The notes below the pieces were generated by a model. It had not been told where the DNA came from. It was given only the letters and a program-made list of their open reading frames with translations, and searched no databases. Below are positions 25,082 through 33,893 of a DNA stretch of 64,000 nt, piece after piece; the first letter of the stretch is position 1; every line of letters starts with the position of its first letter. A program made the position numbers and the translations under genes. This stretch comes from a virus. Location: positions 25,766-89,765 of IMG/VR virus record IMGVR_UViG_3300023179_000058, one strand, 5' to 3'.

Positions 25082-25951
25082 ATGATAAAACAAATGCTAT
25101 CATTAGCAGTTGCTTTTGCATTTTTTTCTGGCAATGCAATCGCACAAAATAAATTAAGTACGCCGGAATCTGAAGTAAGAAAAGAGGAAGAAGCAAAAAC
25201 ATTACCCGCGGTAATTGTAAGTGCTAAAATTCCAAATCAGTTTGATACTGTCGGTGAGTATAATCAGCCAGTCTGGACTACTACTCGAATGTTTCCCACT
25301 ACAAGAGCATATGTGATGACACCGCCAGGTGCCGTTAAATATGAAAAGTGGTTTGACTTTAGAGATAGAAAAAATGGTCCAACTCAAATTCGTATGCGTG
25401 ATGAGTTGGCATTCGGTTTGGGAAACAGATTGGAATTAGATTTGTATAACCATACCGTGTATGATGGTCCATCTGAAGACAAGACATTTGCTTGGAGAGG
25501 ATTCAGTTGGGAGATTCGATATGCGTTAGCAGATTGGGGAAAGATTCCTGGAAACCCTACATTATATTTTGAACATAAATTGATTAATGGGGTTCAAGGT
25601 ATCGAGCCAAAACTTTTGTTATCTGACAGAATTGGAAACACCGACTGGATTTGGGCAACTAATTTCATCTATGAAGCAAACTTAGCGAAAACTAAAGCCG
25701 CACAAGAACGCGAATATGCAGTTACCGCAAGTCTAGGTAAAATTATAAGCAACAATTTGACGGTGGGTGCATCTGCACATTACAGATACCATAACTATGA
25801 AGACAATATTAAAGAACTTTATATTGGTCCGAATATCAATTATCGTGTCGGTAAGAATGCAAGATTCAGTCTAGAATATATGCCTCTAGTTTCAAAAGAA
25901 GGCAAATATGATAGTAGAAGTTTCTTTATCTTTGCATGGGACCTTCAGTAG
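25082..25951 (+). CDS. Exported protein, probable outer-membrane beta-barrel
   Basis: Signal peptide, alternating aromatic strands, C-terminal FFIFAWDLQ. Confidence 0.6.
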   Translation: MIKQMLSLAVAFAFFSGNAIAQNKLSTPESEVRKEEEAKTLPAVIVSAKIPNQFDTVGEYNQPVWTTTRMFPTTRAYVMTPPGAVKYEKWFDFRDRKNGPTQIRMRDELAFGLGNRLELDLYNHTVYDGPSEDKTFAWRGFSWEIRYALADWGKIPGNPTLYFEHKLINGVQGIEPKLLLSDRIGNTDWIWATNFIYEANLAKTKAAQEREYAVTASLGKIISNNLTVGASAHYRYHNYEDNIKELYIGPNINYRVGKNARFSLEYMPLVSKEGKYDSRSFFIFAWDLQ

Positions 25952-26022
25952 ATATATAATAGAGAGTTTCCGGAACTCTTCAAAACCGGATTTTATTAAC
26001 ACACACAAAAAGGAGACACACT

Positions 26023-26235
26023 ATGTCTAAAACACCTTATGAAATTCGTCTTGAACTTTTGAAAATGGCGCAGGATCAATTGAACCAACGCTACTATCAG
26101 AAAGCGGACCATGTTCGACACAACTCATCCATTAAAAATGAGCAGGTACCTCTAGCAGAGATTCCTGAATTTCCAACGACAAAAGAAATTTTGCTCGAAG
26201 CGGATGTGCTAAAGACCTTTATTGATAAGCAGTAA
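26023..26235 (+). CDS. Small T4-like phage protein
   Basis: KTPYEIRLELLKMA...PT..EI...A..LK.FI; SD AAGGAG. Confidence 0.75.
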   Translation: MSKTPYEIRLELLKMAQDQLNQRYYQKADHVRHNSSIKNEQVPLAEIPEFPTTKEILLEADVLKTFIDKQ

Positions 26236-26293
26236 AGATTAGAGTTTTGCCAGTTGGACTCTAATCAACTGGCACTTAATTAAAGGATACATC

Positions 26294-26878
26294 ATGAGTA
26301 AAGAAACAGGAAAATCAACCTTACGAAGATTCCACGACATTCGTTTTTCTACACGCTACTTTGTTGGTGATGGCATTGACATTGGTGCAGGTGACGATCC
26401 CCTATCAGACTATTCTGAATTCTTTCCATCAATTAAATCATTGCGTCCTTGGGACATGCCAGATGGTGATGCACAATATATGCATGGCGTAAAAGATGAC
26501 ACCTATGACTTTGTTCATTCGAGTCATTGCTTAGAACATGTGCGCGATCCACAAGTCACGCTTGGTAATTGGATTCGCATTTGCAAACCAGGTGGCTATC
26601 TTGTTATTGTTGTACCCGATGAAGACTTGTATGAACAAGGAGTTTTTCCATCAACATTTAATGGCGCACACTTGTGGACATATACCATTAAAAAGAATGC
26701 ATCATGGTGTGACAGATCGGTAAATGTGTTCGACTTATTATCTAATTTTGTTGACAAAGTGCATGTACATAAAGTAGAATTACTAGATGCTACATTTCGC
26801 TACAACAAACCTAGATTTGATCAGACAGATAAATCTTTTGGCGATTGTGCTATAGAAATTATTCTGAAAAAGGTGTAA
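26294..26878 (+). CDS. Class I SAM-dependent methyltransferase
   Basis: GIDIGAG, YDFVHSSHCLEH, KPGG. Confidence 0.88.
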   Translation: MSKETGKSTLRRFHDIRFSTRYFVGDGIDIGAGDDPLSDYSEFFPSIKSLRPWDMPDGDAQYMHGVKDDTYDFVHSSHCLEHVRDPQVTLGNWIRICKPGGYLVIVVPDEDLYEQGVFPSTFNGAHLWTYTIKKNASWCDRSVNVFDLLSNFVDKVHVHKVELLDATFRYNKPRFDQTDKSFGDCAIEIILKKV

Positions 26879-26879
26879 T

Positions 26880-27530
26880 ATGAAATTTGCTCTTCAATGT
26901 TCATATGATGCAGGCTATGCAGTTCTTGGCGATTTGACATGGTATAAAAATAAAGTCAAGTATTGTGAGAAACATGGATACACGCCTGCACTACACATTT
27001 ATACTAAACCTTTGCTTCCTCATAGTTACATGAAGATGTTTCATGTGAGAGAACTTTTCAAAGAAAATAAACACGATTGGATATGGGTTACTGGTTGTGA
27101 TTCTATGATCACAAACATGACTGTAAAATTAGAAGATATTGCCGATGAAAACTATCATCTAATTATTGCTACAGATGTTAATGGGCTGAACGCTGATAGT
27201 TTTTTGATTCGCAATTCTGAAGAAGGTAGATACTACATTGATTATATTATTAGTGGAGTTGATACTTACAGAAACCATCATTGGGCTGAACAGCAAGCCA
27301 TGATGGACTGCCAAGATAAATTTAAAGACATTACTAAATTTGTTCCTCAGAGAACATTTAACTCTTATAACTATGATTTTTATCCTCATTGTGCCAAGCC
27401 AAATTTAGATAAGTTAGGAACAGATGGTAATTGGCAACATGGAGATTTTCTAATTCACTGGCCTGGACAAACTTTGGAGCGAAGACTCCAGCATTTTGAA
27501 CGATATTCACAAAGCGTAATTTATGATTGA
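26880..27530 (+). CDS. GT34-like (GT-A) glycosyltransferase
   Basis: KYCEKHGY, WIWVTGCDS, GLNADSFLIRNS, AEQQAM, GDFLIHWPG. Confidence 0.75.
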   Translation: MKFALQCSYDAGYAVLGDLTWYKNKVKYCEKHGYTPALHIYTKPLLPHSYMKMFHVRELFKENKHDWIWVTGCDSMITNMTVKLEDIADENYHLIIATDVNGLNADSFLIRNSEEGRYYIDYIISGVDTYRNHHWAEQQAMMDCQDKFKDITKFVPQRTFNSYNYDFYPHCAKPNLDKLGTDGNWQHGDFLIHWPGQTLERRLQHFERYSQSVIYD

Positions 27531-28851
27531 TAAAGAAAAAATTCTGACAGATATTGCACACTATATCTGGCAACAGAAAGAACAGAAGACTTGGACTCCA
27601 GGAAAAGACTTTGTAAACTATGCAGGTCCATTCTTTGATGAGCATGAAATTATCGTAGCAGTTCGCACACTACTAGATGGTTGGCTTGTTATGGGTGATG
27701 ATTGTGCAAGATTCGAAAGAAAGTTTCCGCGCGAGTTTGGTAAAGAGTGCGGCATTCTAACAAACTCTGGTTCTAGTTCTAATCTTTTAATGATGGCTTC
27801 GCTTACATCAAAGCGCGGACACAATCTACCTAAAGGCACAAAGGTACTAGTTCCTATCGCAGGATTTCCTACGACACTCAATCCAACACTACAAGTAGGG
27901 TTCGAACCAGTCTTTGTTGACATTGAAATTGATACATTGAATCTAGACTTAGATCAGGTTGTTGATATTCTAGATTCTGATCCAGACATTCGCGTAATTA
28001 CATTCGCGCATGTACTAGGCAATCCTCCAAACATGGATTGTCTCATGGACATTGTGAAGCACTACAATCTTATTCTATTAGAAGATTGCTGTGACGCACT
28101 CGGATCAACATACGATGGTAAGCCTCTTGGTTCATTTGGTGAAATGGCATCATGTTCATTCTATCCCGCACATCACATGACAATGGGTGAGGGTGGCTTT
28201 GTCGCATGTAACACTAACGAACAAGAAGTTATTCTCCGTTCATTCAGAGAATGGGGACGCGGTTGCTATTGCGTAGGACCGAAAGCAAACAAACTCAAGT
28301 GCGGTACTTGTAAAGAACGATTCAAAGAATGGATACCTGAACTACCAGGAGAAATTTTTGATCACAAGTATGTCTATGATGAAATTGGATACAATCTAAA
28401 GCCTATTGAACTGCAAGGTTCAATAGGAATGATTCAATTAGATAAACTAGAACAGATTCATGAATTGCGTAGACGCAACTATAAAATGCTTTTTGACATT
28501 TACGCCAAGTACGAAGAATTTTTTAGTCTACCAAGAGCAACACATAAGTCAGACCCATCATGGTTTGCTTTTCCTCTAACGATTCGTAAAAATGCGCCAT
28601 TTACGCGAAGTGAAATTGTTGACTATCTTGAAGACAATTTGATTCAAACACGCCCATACTTCGCTGGCAACATCATGCTTCAGCCTGCGTATAGTCATCT
28701 TATGAATCCCGCAGACGCTAGAGATTATTTCCCGGTCGCAACATATGCAATGACGCATACATACTTTCACGGAACTAGTCCAGTGATTACGCCACAGCAG
28801 ATTCAATATATCGGTGATGTGGTAGATAACTTTATAAAAAGCAAGGTATGA
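27523..28851 (+). CDS. rfbH: RfbH/DdhC-like NDP-4-keto-6-deoxyglucose 3-dehydrase
   Basis: NSGSSSNL, EDCCDALG, SFYPAHHMTMGEGG (His replacing Lys), WGRGCYC, DHKY, GYNLK. Confidence 0.88.
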   Translation: MIDKEKILTDIAHYIWQQKEQKTWTPGKDFVNYAGPFFDEHEIIVAVRTLLDGWLVMGDDCARFERKFPREFGKECGILTNSGSSSNLLMMASLTSKRGHNLPKGTKVLVPIAGFPTTLNPTLQVGFEPVFVDIEIDTLNLDLDQVVDILDSDPDIRVITFAHVLGNPPNMDCLMDIVKHYNLILLEDCCDALGSTYDGKPLGSFGEMASCSFYPAHHMTMGEGGFVACNTNEQEVILRSFREWGRGCYCVGPKANKLKCGTCKERFKEWIPELPGEIFDHKYVYDEIGYNLKPIELQGSIGMIQLDKLEQIHELRRRNYKMLFDIYAKYEEFFSLPRATHKSDPSWFAFPLTIRKNAPFTRSEIVDYLEDNLIQTRPYFAGNIMLQPAYSHLMNPADARDYFPVATYAMTHTYFHGTSPVITPQQIQYIGDVVDNFIKSKV

Positions 28852-29435
28852 AAAAAGTTGTTCTATTCGGTGCAAGTGGAGATATAGGCAAAGAAATTCA
28901 AAAGGCATTCGAAGGTAATGTTGTTATAACACCATCGCGCAAAGAAGTTGACTTTTTGGATAAAGATTGCTATAATAAAGTATCGAATCTTTTAACGAAA
29001 GAACAACCAGATATAGTGATTAATTCTGTAGGCTGGTTTGGTGACAACTACGATACCCATTACAATATAATGGATGTAAATTTTGGAAGTAATTGGGCAA
29101 TCGTAAGACACTATATGTTGAACCCGTCAGAGAAACCTGTAAAGATTTGTATGATAGGTTCAATATGCTATAGCGAAGGTAAAGATAAGTACATTGTCTA
29201 TGCCGCAAGCAAAATGGCAATGTATAGTCTTTGGCAGGGTGCATCAAAGTATTTTAAAGATACGAATGTGAACATTGATTTAATCAATCCTCAGAGAACG
29301 AAAACAAGAATGACGATGAAGAGAATTGATGAGAATCTACAATATCACGAAACCGAAGAAGTAGCAGAAGTAGTTTATGATTTTGTCATGAACAAAAAAG
29401 GAAATAATTCAATAGATACAGAGTTTAAAATATGA
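28848..29435 (+). CDS. SDR-family oxidoreductase
   Basis: GASGDIG and YAASK. Confidence 0.8.
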   Translation: MKKVVLFGASGDIGKEIQKAFEGNVVITPSRKEVDFLDKDCYNKVSNLLTKEQPDIVINSVGWFGDNYDTHYNIMDVNFGSNWAIVRHYMLNPSEKPVKICMIGSICYSEGKDKYIVYAASKMAMYSLWQGASKYFKDTNVNIDLINPQRTKTRMTMKRIDENLQYHETEEVAEVVYDFVMNKKGNNSIDTEFKI

Positions 29436-30385
29436 AAACAACAAAAGTCGTGTATGTAACAGGTTGCTTAGGATTCATTGGATACTATGTCGCAAAGCGT
29501 TGCCTTCAAGAAGGTTACTATGTCATTGGTGTTGATAAGATTACCTATGCGGCAAATGAAAAATTGGTAGATGAACTTTTCAAAATCGTACCAAACAAAT
29601 TTAGATTTGTTCATTCAGACATTAACGATTTGGAAAGACTAACGGACTGTGACTATGTAATCAACTGCGCCGCAGAATCTCATGTTGATAATAGCATCAT
29701 GTCATCGGAAGTTTTCTTGCGTTCTAATATCAATGGCGTTCACAAACTGTTACAACTGATTCAACAAAAGAGTTTGTATAACATGCCAACGCTATTGCAC
29801 TTCAGTACCGATGAAGTATATGGTGACATTGAAGAAGGCGCACACATTGAGACCGATTTACTTAAACCTAGCAATCCATATTCTGCATCTAAGGCTGCCG
29901 CAGATATGTTGATCCTCGCGTGGGCGCGAACATTCAAAGTACCTTATGTCATTGTGCGCCCAACAAACAACTATGGCATTGGTCAATACGCAGAAAAACT
30001 CATACCGAAGAGTTGCAAGCATTTGATGCTAGGTAAAAAAATCGATGTGCATGATCGTGGTATGCCATATCGAACATGGCTACATGCATCAGACACAGCC
30101 GAAGCAGTTTTGACAATCATTAGGGCTGGAGTTAAAGACGAAATTTATAATATCAACGGAAATTATGAGTGTCAGAACATTGATGTGATTAAAAAAATTA
30201 TTCGTTGGATGAATTCAGACTTTGATTATGAAAAGTATCTCACATACTTTATGCGACCTGGACATGATGTGCGTTATGCACTGGACGATACGAAACTCAA
30301 AGCACTTGGTTGGCAACCAAAAGCAGTCTTTGATGATGAATTGAAAAAAATTATTGAACATTCGAAAAAACATTTCATATGGTAA
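29432..30385 (+). CDS. rfbB: dTDP-glucose 4,6-dehydratase
   Basis: TGCLGFIG, DKITYAA, AAESHVDNS, STDEVYG, PYSASKA, RPGHDVRY. Confidence 0.9.
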   Translation: MKTTKVVYVTGCLGFIGYYVAKRCLQEGYYVIGVDKITYAANEKLVDELFKIVPNKFRFVHSDINDLERLTDCDYVINCAAESHVDNSIMSSEVFLRSNINGVHKLLQLIQQKSLYNMPTLLHFSTDEVYGDIEEGAHIETDLLKPSNPYSASKAAADMLILAWARTFKVPYVIVRPTNNYGIGQYAEKLIPKSCKHLMLGKKIDVHDRGMPYRTWLHASDTAEAVLTIIRAGVKDEIYNINGNYECQNIDVIKKIIRWMNSDFDYEKYLTYFMRPGHDVRYALDDTKLKALGWQPKAVFDDELKKIIEHSKKHFIW

Positions 30386-31107
30386 ACACCTTTCTTCATT
30401 CTGGTAAGTTAGGCGACATTATTTGGTCATTACCTGCCGTCAAACATCTAGGTGGCGGCATTCTATATCTTAGAACTGATCAAATTGATCCTGGTCCTAA
30501 TGAAGTACTCTTGACAAAAGAAGGCGCAGAGAGTATAATAACATTATTGAAGACTCAGGAGTACATTCATGATGTAAAAATCTACAATGGAGAAGAAATT
30601 ACGCACAATTTAGACTTGTTTCGCAGATATATTTTTGCCGTACCTGAGATTACCATCGCAGAAAGCGTATTTTTAGCGTTAGGTATTAGGGGTAATCATG
30701 AGGAAGAACTAGATCAAACTTGGATTACGGTAGAAAAAGATGCGCGAGTGCTAAATAAAATAGTTATCTCACGGACCGAAAGGTACCAAGCAGGTAATAA
30801 TCAGGTAAATCCTTTTTATCTGAAACTAAAAGAACGCAATATTTCGAAGCACGGAATATTCGTAGGTTCTTTAAACGAGTATGAGAAATTTGAAGAAGTA
30901 TATCGTACTGGGATAGAATATTATCCCACACCTACGATTCTTGATTTGGCTAAAGTCATATCAGCATCAAAATTTTATGTTGGAAATGAAAACTTAGCCA
31001 ATGCTTTAAATGAGAGCATGAAGAAAACTTCATTTCTAGAAAGTAATAAAAATCCTATAGGGCAATTCTTTTGCTATTTTAAACGACCGGATTTGTTTCT
31101 CATATAG
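30379..31107 (+). CDS. GT9-like (heptosyltransferase-like) glycosyltransferase
   Basis: HSGKLGDII.SLP and DLAKVISASKFYVGNE. Confidence 0.65.
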   Translation: MVNTFLHSGKLGDIIWSLPAVKHLGGGILYLRTDQIDPGPNEVLLTKEGAESIITLLKTQEYIHDVKIYNGEEITHNLDLFRRYIFAVPEITIAESVFLALGIRGNHEEELDQTWITVEKDARVLNKIVISRTERYQAGNNQVNPFYLKLKERNISKHGIFVGSLNEYEKFEEVYRTGIEYYPTPTILDLAKVISASKFYVGNENLANALNESMKKTSFLESNKNPIGQFFCYFKRPDLFLI

Positions 31108-31137
31108 TTGTGTTAAATTAAAACAGAAGGAGGAGAT

Positions 31138-31704
31138 ATGAAAGCCTTAGCCTATAAGGTCCAAGTATTGTTTCTCATATGTTTGACAATAATGACAACT
31201 CATCATTACTATAAAATAAGTCAAACAACAACGCCTAGTTTGGACCTGAAAATTTCTCAGTTCACCAAAGAGGCGAAAAGAGAGATTTATTGTCTAGCGG
31301 AAAATATCTATTTTGAAGCAGGGCATGAACCAACAGAGGGCAAATATGCGGTTGCGTTTGTTACTCAAAACAGAGTTGAGAAAGGTTTTGCCGATACCAT
31401 TTGCGGTGTGGTGAAACAAAAGATCAACGGGGTATGCCAATTTTCATGGTGGTGTGAAGATAAGCCTCATTTCATTTCAACCAATAATCTATTGACAAAA
31501 GACTATAATCCAGTGTATAATGAAGCATTAAGATTAGCAATTGATTTTTATACCAACCATGACATTCTAAAGGACCCGACAAACGGTGCGTTATTCTATC
31601 ATGCAGACTATGTTAACCCGAATTGGACTTTTGCTAAAAAAGAAGTTACCATCGGTAGACACATCTTCTACAACTACAAAAGGAAGCCGAATGAAAGAAT
31701 CTAA
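31138..31704 (+). CDS. SleB-like cell-wall hydrolase (Hydrolase_2)
   Basis: CLAENIYFEA, CQFSW, GALFYHADYV, IGRHIFY. Confidence 0.9.
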   Translation: MKALAYKVQVLFLICLTIMTTHHYYKISQTTTPSLDLKISQFTKEAKREIYCLAENIYFEAGHEPTEGKYAVAFVTQNRVEKGFADTICGVVKQKINGVCQFSWWCEDKPHFISTNNLLTKDYNPVYNEALRLAIDFYTNHDILKDPTNGALFYHADYVNPNWTFAKKEVTIGRHIFYNYKRKPNERI

Positions 31705-31963
31705 TACTTCAAACAATGGGCTATACATTGCGCTATGCGTTATGGTAGCCACAGCATGTGCGACATTATTCTTTATGTTTTTCGCAGAGAAAGAATTTAT
31801 GTCAAAAAACATTGAACGCGCAATTGAAAAAGGAATTGATCCTATTGCTGTACGCTGTTCATATGCCGATGCAAGTGACAGAGTTTGTCTTGCGTATTCA
31901 ATTACGCACGGAACAGTTGACGCACCTGGTGCCCCTAAAATTCCTGTCCAAATTAAAAAATGA
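31691..31963 (+). CDS. Hypothetical membrane-anchored protein
   Basis: One hydrophobic segment; KGIDPIAVRC. Confidence 0.6.
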   Translation: MKESNTSNNGLYIALCVMVATACATLFFMFFAEKEFMSKNIERAIEKGIDPIAVRCSYADASDRVCLAYSITHGTVDAPGAPKIPVQIKK

Positions 31964-32196
31964 ATGGTAAATTAAACATCTTGACTCCAAAAGAATTTGA
32001 GAATAAAATCAAAGAACTTATGAAGTCCAAATCGCCTATCACTATGATTGATGCTGTTCTATTATATTGTGAACAGAACAATTTGGAAGTAGAAACCGCG
32101 GCTTCACTCATCTCAAGTAAGATGAAGAATGTGATGGAGAGTGAAGCCATCAAAGGTAAAATGATTACACCCAAAACTGCAAAACTACCGATATGA
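31960..32196 (+). CDS. gp33: Late transcription co-activator gp33
   Basis: IDAVLLYCEQNNLEVE..A.LIS...K...EA; synteny 33-59-32. Confidence 0.85.
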   Translation: MNGKLNILTPKEFENKIKELMKSKSPITMIDAVLLYCEQNNLEVETAASLISSKMKNVMESEAIKGKMITPKTAKLPI

Positions 32197-32792
32197 GAAT
32201 GGAAGCATTTGACGCATACAAGATTTATACCGCGTTGAAGAATCATTTCGTGCTTGACAATTACGATTATTTCAAGTACAATAAGAAGATCAAGGTAAGC
32301 CATGACGCTTTCCTTAATAGGCGTGACAAAATATTTTTTGCAAAACTAGGTAATCGAAAGGATGCATACCTAGAAGACTTTTTGGTATCTAACTTTTTGT
32401 TTGACACAAAGACATGGGTAGGTGAACTACTCTCAGATCAAGCAGAAGAGCGATACAAAGATTGGAAGAGAAAACAAGAATCGTTATCTTATAGTTTTAA
32501 AAATGAGATTGCTTTTCTTGAAGACCTTACACCCGATGAATTTAATCAGTTATTTGAAAGCATAGACGGAGACCATCCAAAAATTATTCGTATGTATCTA
32601 AGAAAAGAAATTAGTATTGAAACACTTTCTATTCTTGATTCTATATTGAAGTTTATGCACAAGACTGATCAAAGAATTGATGACCCAATCTACAAAGAGG
32701 TAAGTAAATTATGCAAAAAGTACCAGCCCTTCTTAAAGTACGACCTTTCGAACATGAAAAGGATATTAAAGCAGGCGGTAACGCAGGGGTAA
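32193..32792 (+). CDS. gp59: Helicase loader gp59
   Basis: YKIYTALKNHF...YDYFKY...RRDKIFF. Confidence 0.9.
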   Translation: MRMEAFDAYKIYTALKNHFVLDNYDYFKYNKKIKVSHDAFLNRRDKIFFAKLGNRKDAYLEDFLVSNFLFDTKTWVGELLSDQAEERYKDWKRKQESLSYSFKNEIAFLEDLTPDEFNQLFESIDGDHPKIIRMYLRKEISIETLSILDSILKFMHKTDQRIDDPIYKEVSKLCKKYQPFLKYDLSNMKRILKQAVTQG

Positions 32793-32932
32793 AGGTGAGG
32801 CAGAAGTCCCAAATTTGTGTTCTTCTCCAGCCAAAAAAGAATCTTGAACAACTATATACTACTGTAGTTGAGCATGATATAAGTGGACAAGCAAATAATA
32901 CAATCAATACATTTTAATACAAAGGAAATACG

Positions 32933-33838
32933 ATGGCAAATACATTCGCAGAACTCCGTAAATCTCGCGCAAAAGATTTGGAGAAGTTGACAGAGCAAGT
33001 CAGCAAACTAAACGACAAGTCCGGTGAAAAGAAGTCCTACGAGGACACCCGTTTCTGGAAACCAGTTGTCGATAAAGCAGGTAATGGAATGGCAATCATT
33101 CGCTTTCTACCTGCGGCCGAAGGTGAAGACATGCCTTGGGTTCAATTGTTCTCCCACTCATTTCAAGGACCTACTGGTCAATGGTACATTGAGAACTCCC
33201 TAACTACCCTTAACAAGAAAGACCCTGTGTCTGAATACAATACCATGTTGTGGAACTCTGGTATTGAAGCAGACAAAGAAACTGCGCGTAAGCAAAAGCG
33301 CAAACTTCAATACATTGCTAATGTGTATGTTGTCAAGGACCCATCTAATTCTGACAATGAAGGTAAGGTTTTCTTGTTCAAGTTCGGCAAGAAGATTTTC
33401 GATAAGTTGAACGATTTGATGAATCCTGAATTTGAAGATGAAACACCTGTGAATCCATTTGATCTATGGGAAGGTGCTAACTTCAAGTTGAAGATTCGCA
33501 AAGTAGAAGGCTATCAAAATTATGATAAGTCTGAGTTTGAATCACCTGCGGCTCTCTCTGAAGATGATGAAGAACTTGAAAGAATTTGGAAAGCACAACA
33601 CAAACTTTCTGAATTCATTACTGAGGGCAACTTCAAATCTTATGACGAATTGAAGACAAAACTTAACAAAGTTTTGAATCTAGAAGATGATGTAGTTACT
33701 GAAAAACCTTCTGCGCCTGTAACCAAGAAGGCTGAGAAGCCTGCTGAAGTTAAGAAGGCAAAAACTGTAGAAGATAGCCCACCTTGGGATGACGAAGATG
33801 GTGATCTGAGTTATTTCGAAAAGTTGGCTGAAGACTGA
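32933..33838 (+). CDS. gp32: Single-stranded DNA-binding protein gp32
   Basis: RFWKP..DKAGNG.AIIRFLP, WYIENSLTT, acidic tail YFEKLAED. Confidence 0.96.
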   Translation: MANTFAELRKSRAKDLEKLTEQVSKLNDKSGEKKSYEDTRFWKPVVDKAGNGMAIIRFLPAAEGEDMPWVQLFSHSFQGPTGQWYIENSLTTLNKKDPVSEYNTMLWNSGIEADKETARKQKRKLQYIANVYVVKDPSNSDNEGKVFLFKFGKKIFDKLNDLMNPEFEDETPVNPFDLWEGANFKLKIRKVEGYQNYDKSEFESPAALSEDDEELERIWKAQHKLSEFITEGNFKSYDELKTKLNKVLNLEDDVVTEKPSAPVTKKAEKPAEVKKAKTVEDSPPWDDEDGDLSYFEKLAED

Positions 33839-33867
33839 TTCATTATTTTTCTCCACGGTGCAGTTTT

Positions 33868-33893
33868 AGCCCCTCGAAAGAGGGGCTTTTTTT
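33868..33893 (+). terminator. Intrinsic terminator between convergent genes
   Basis: AGCCCCTC-GAAA-GAGGGGCT followed by a T tract. Confidence 0.9.
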
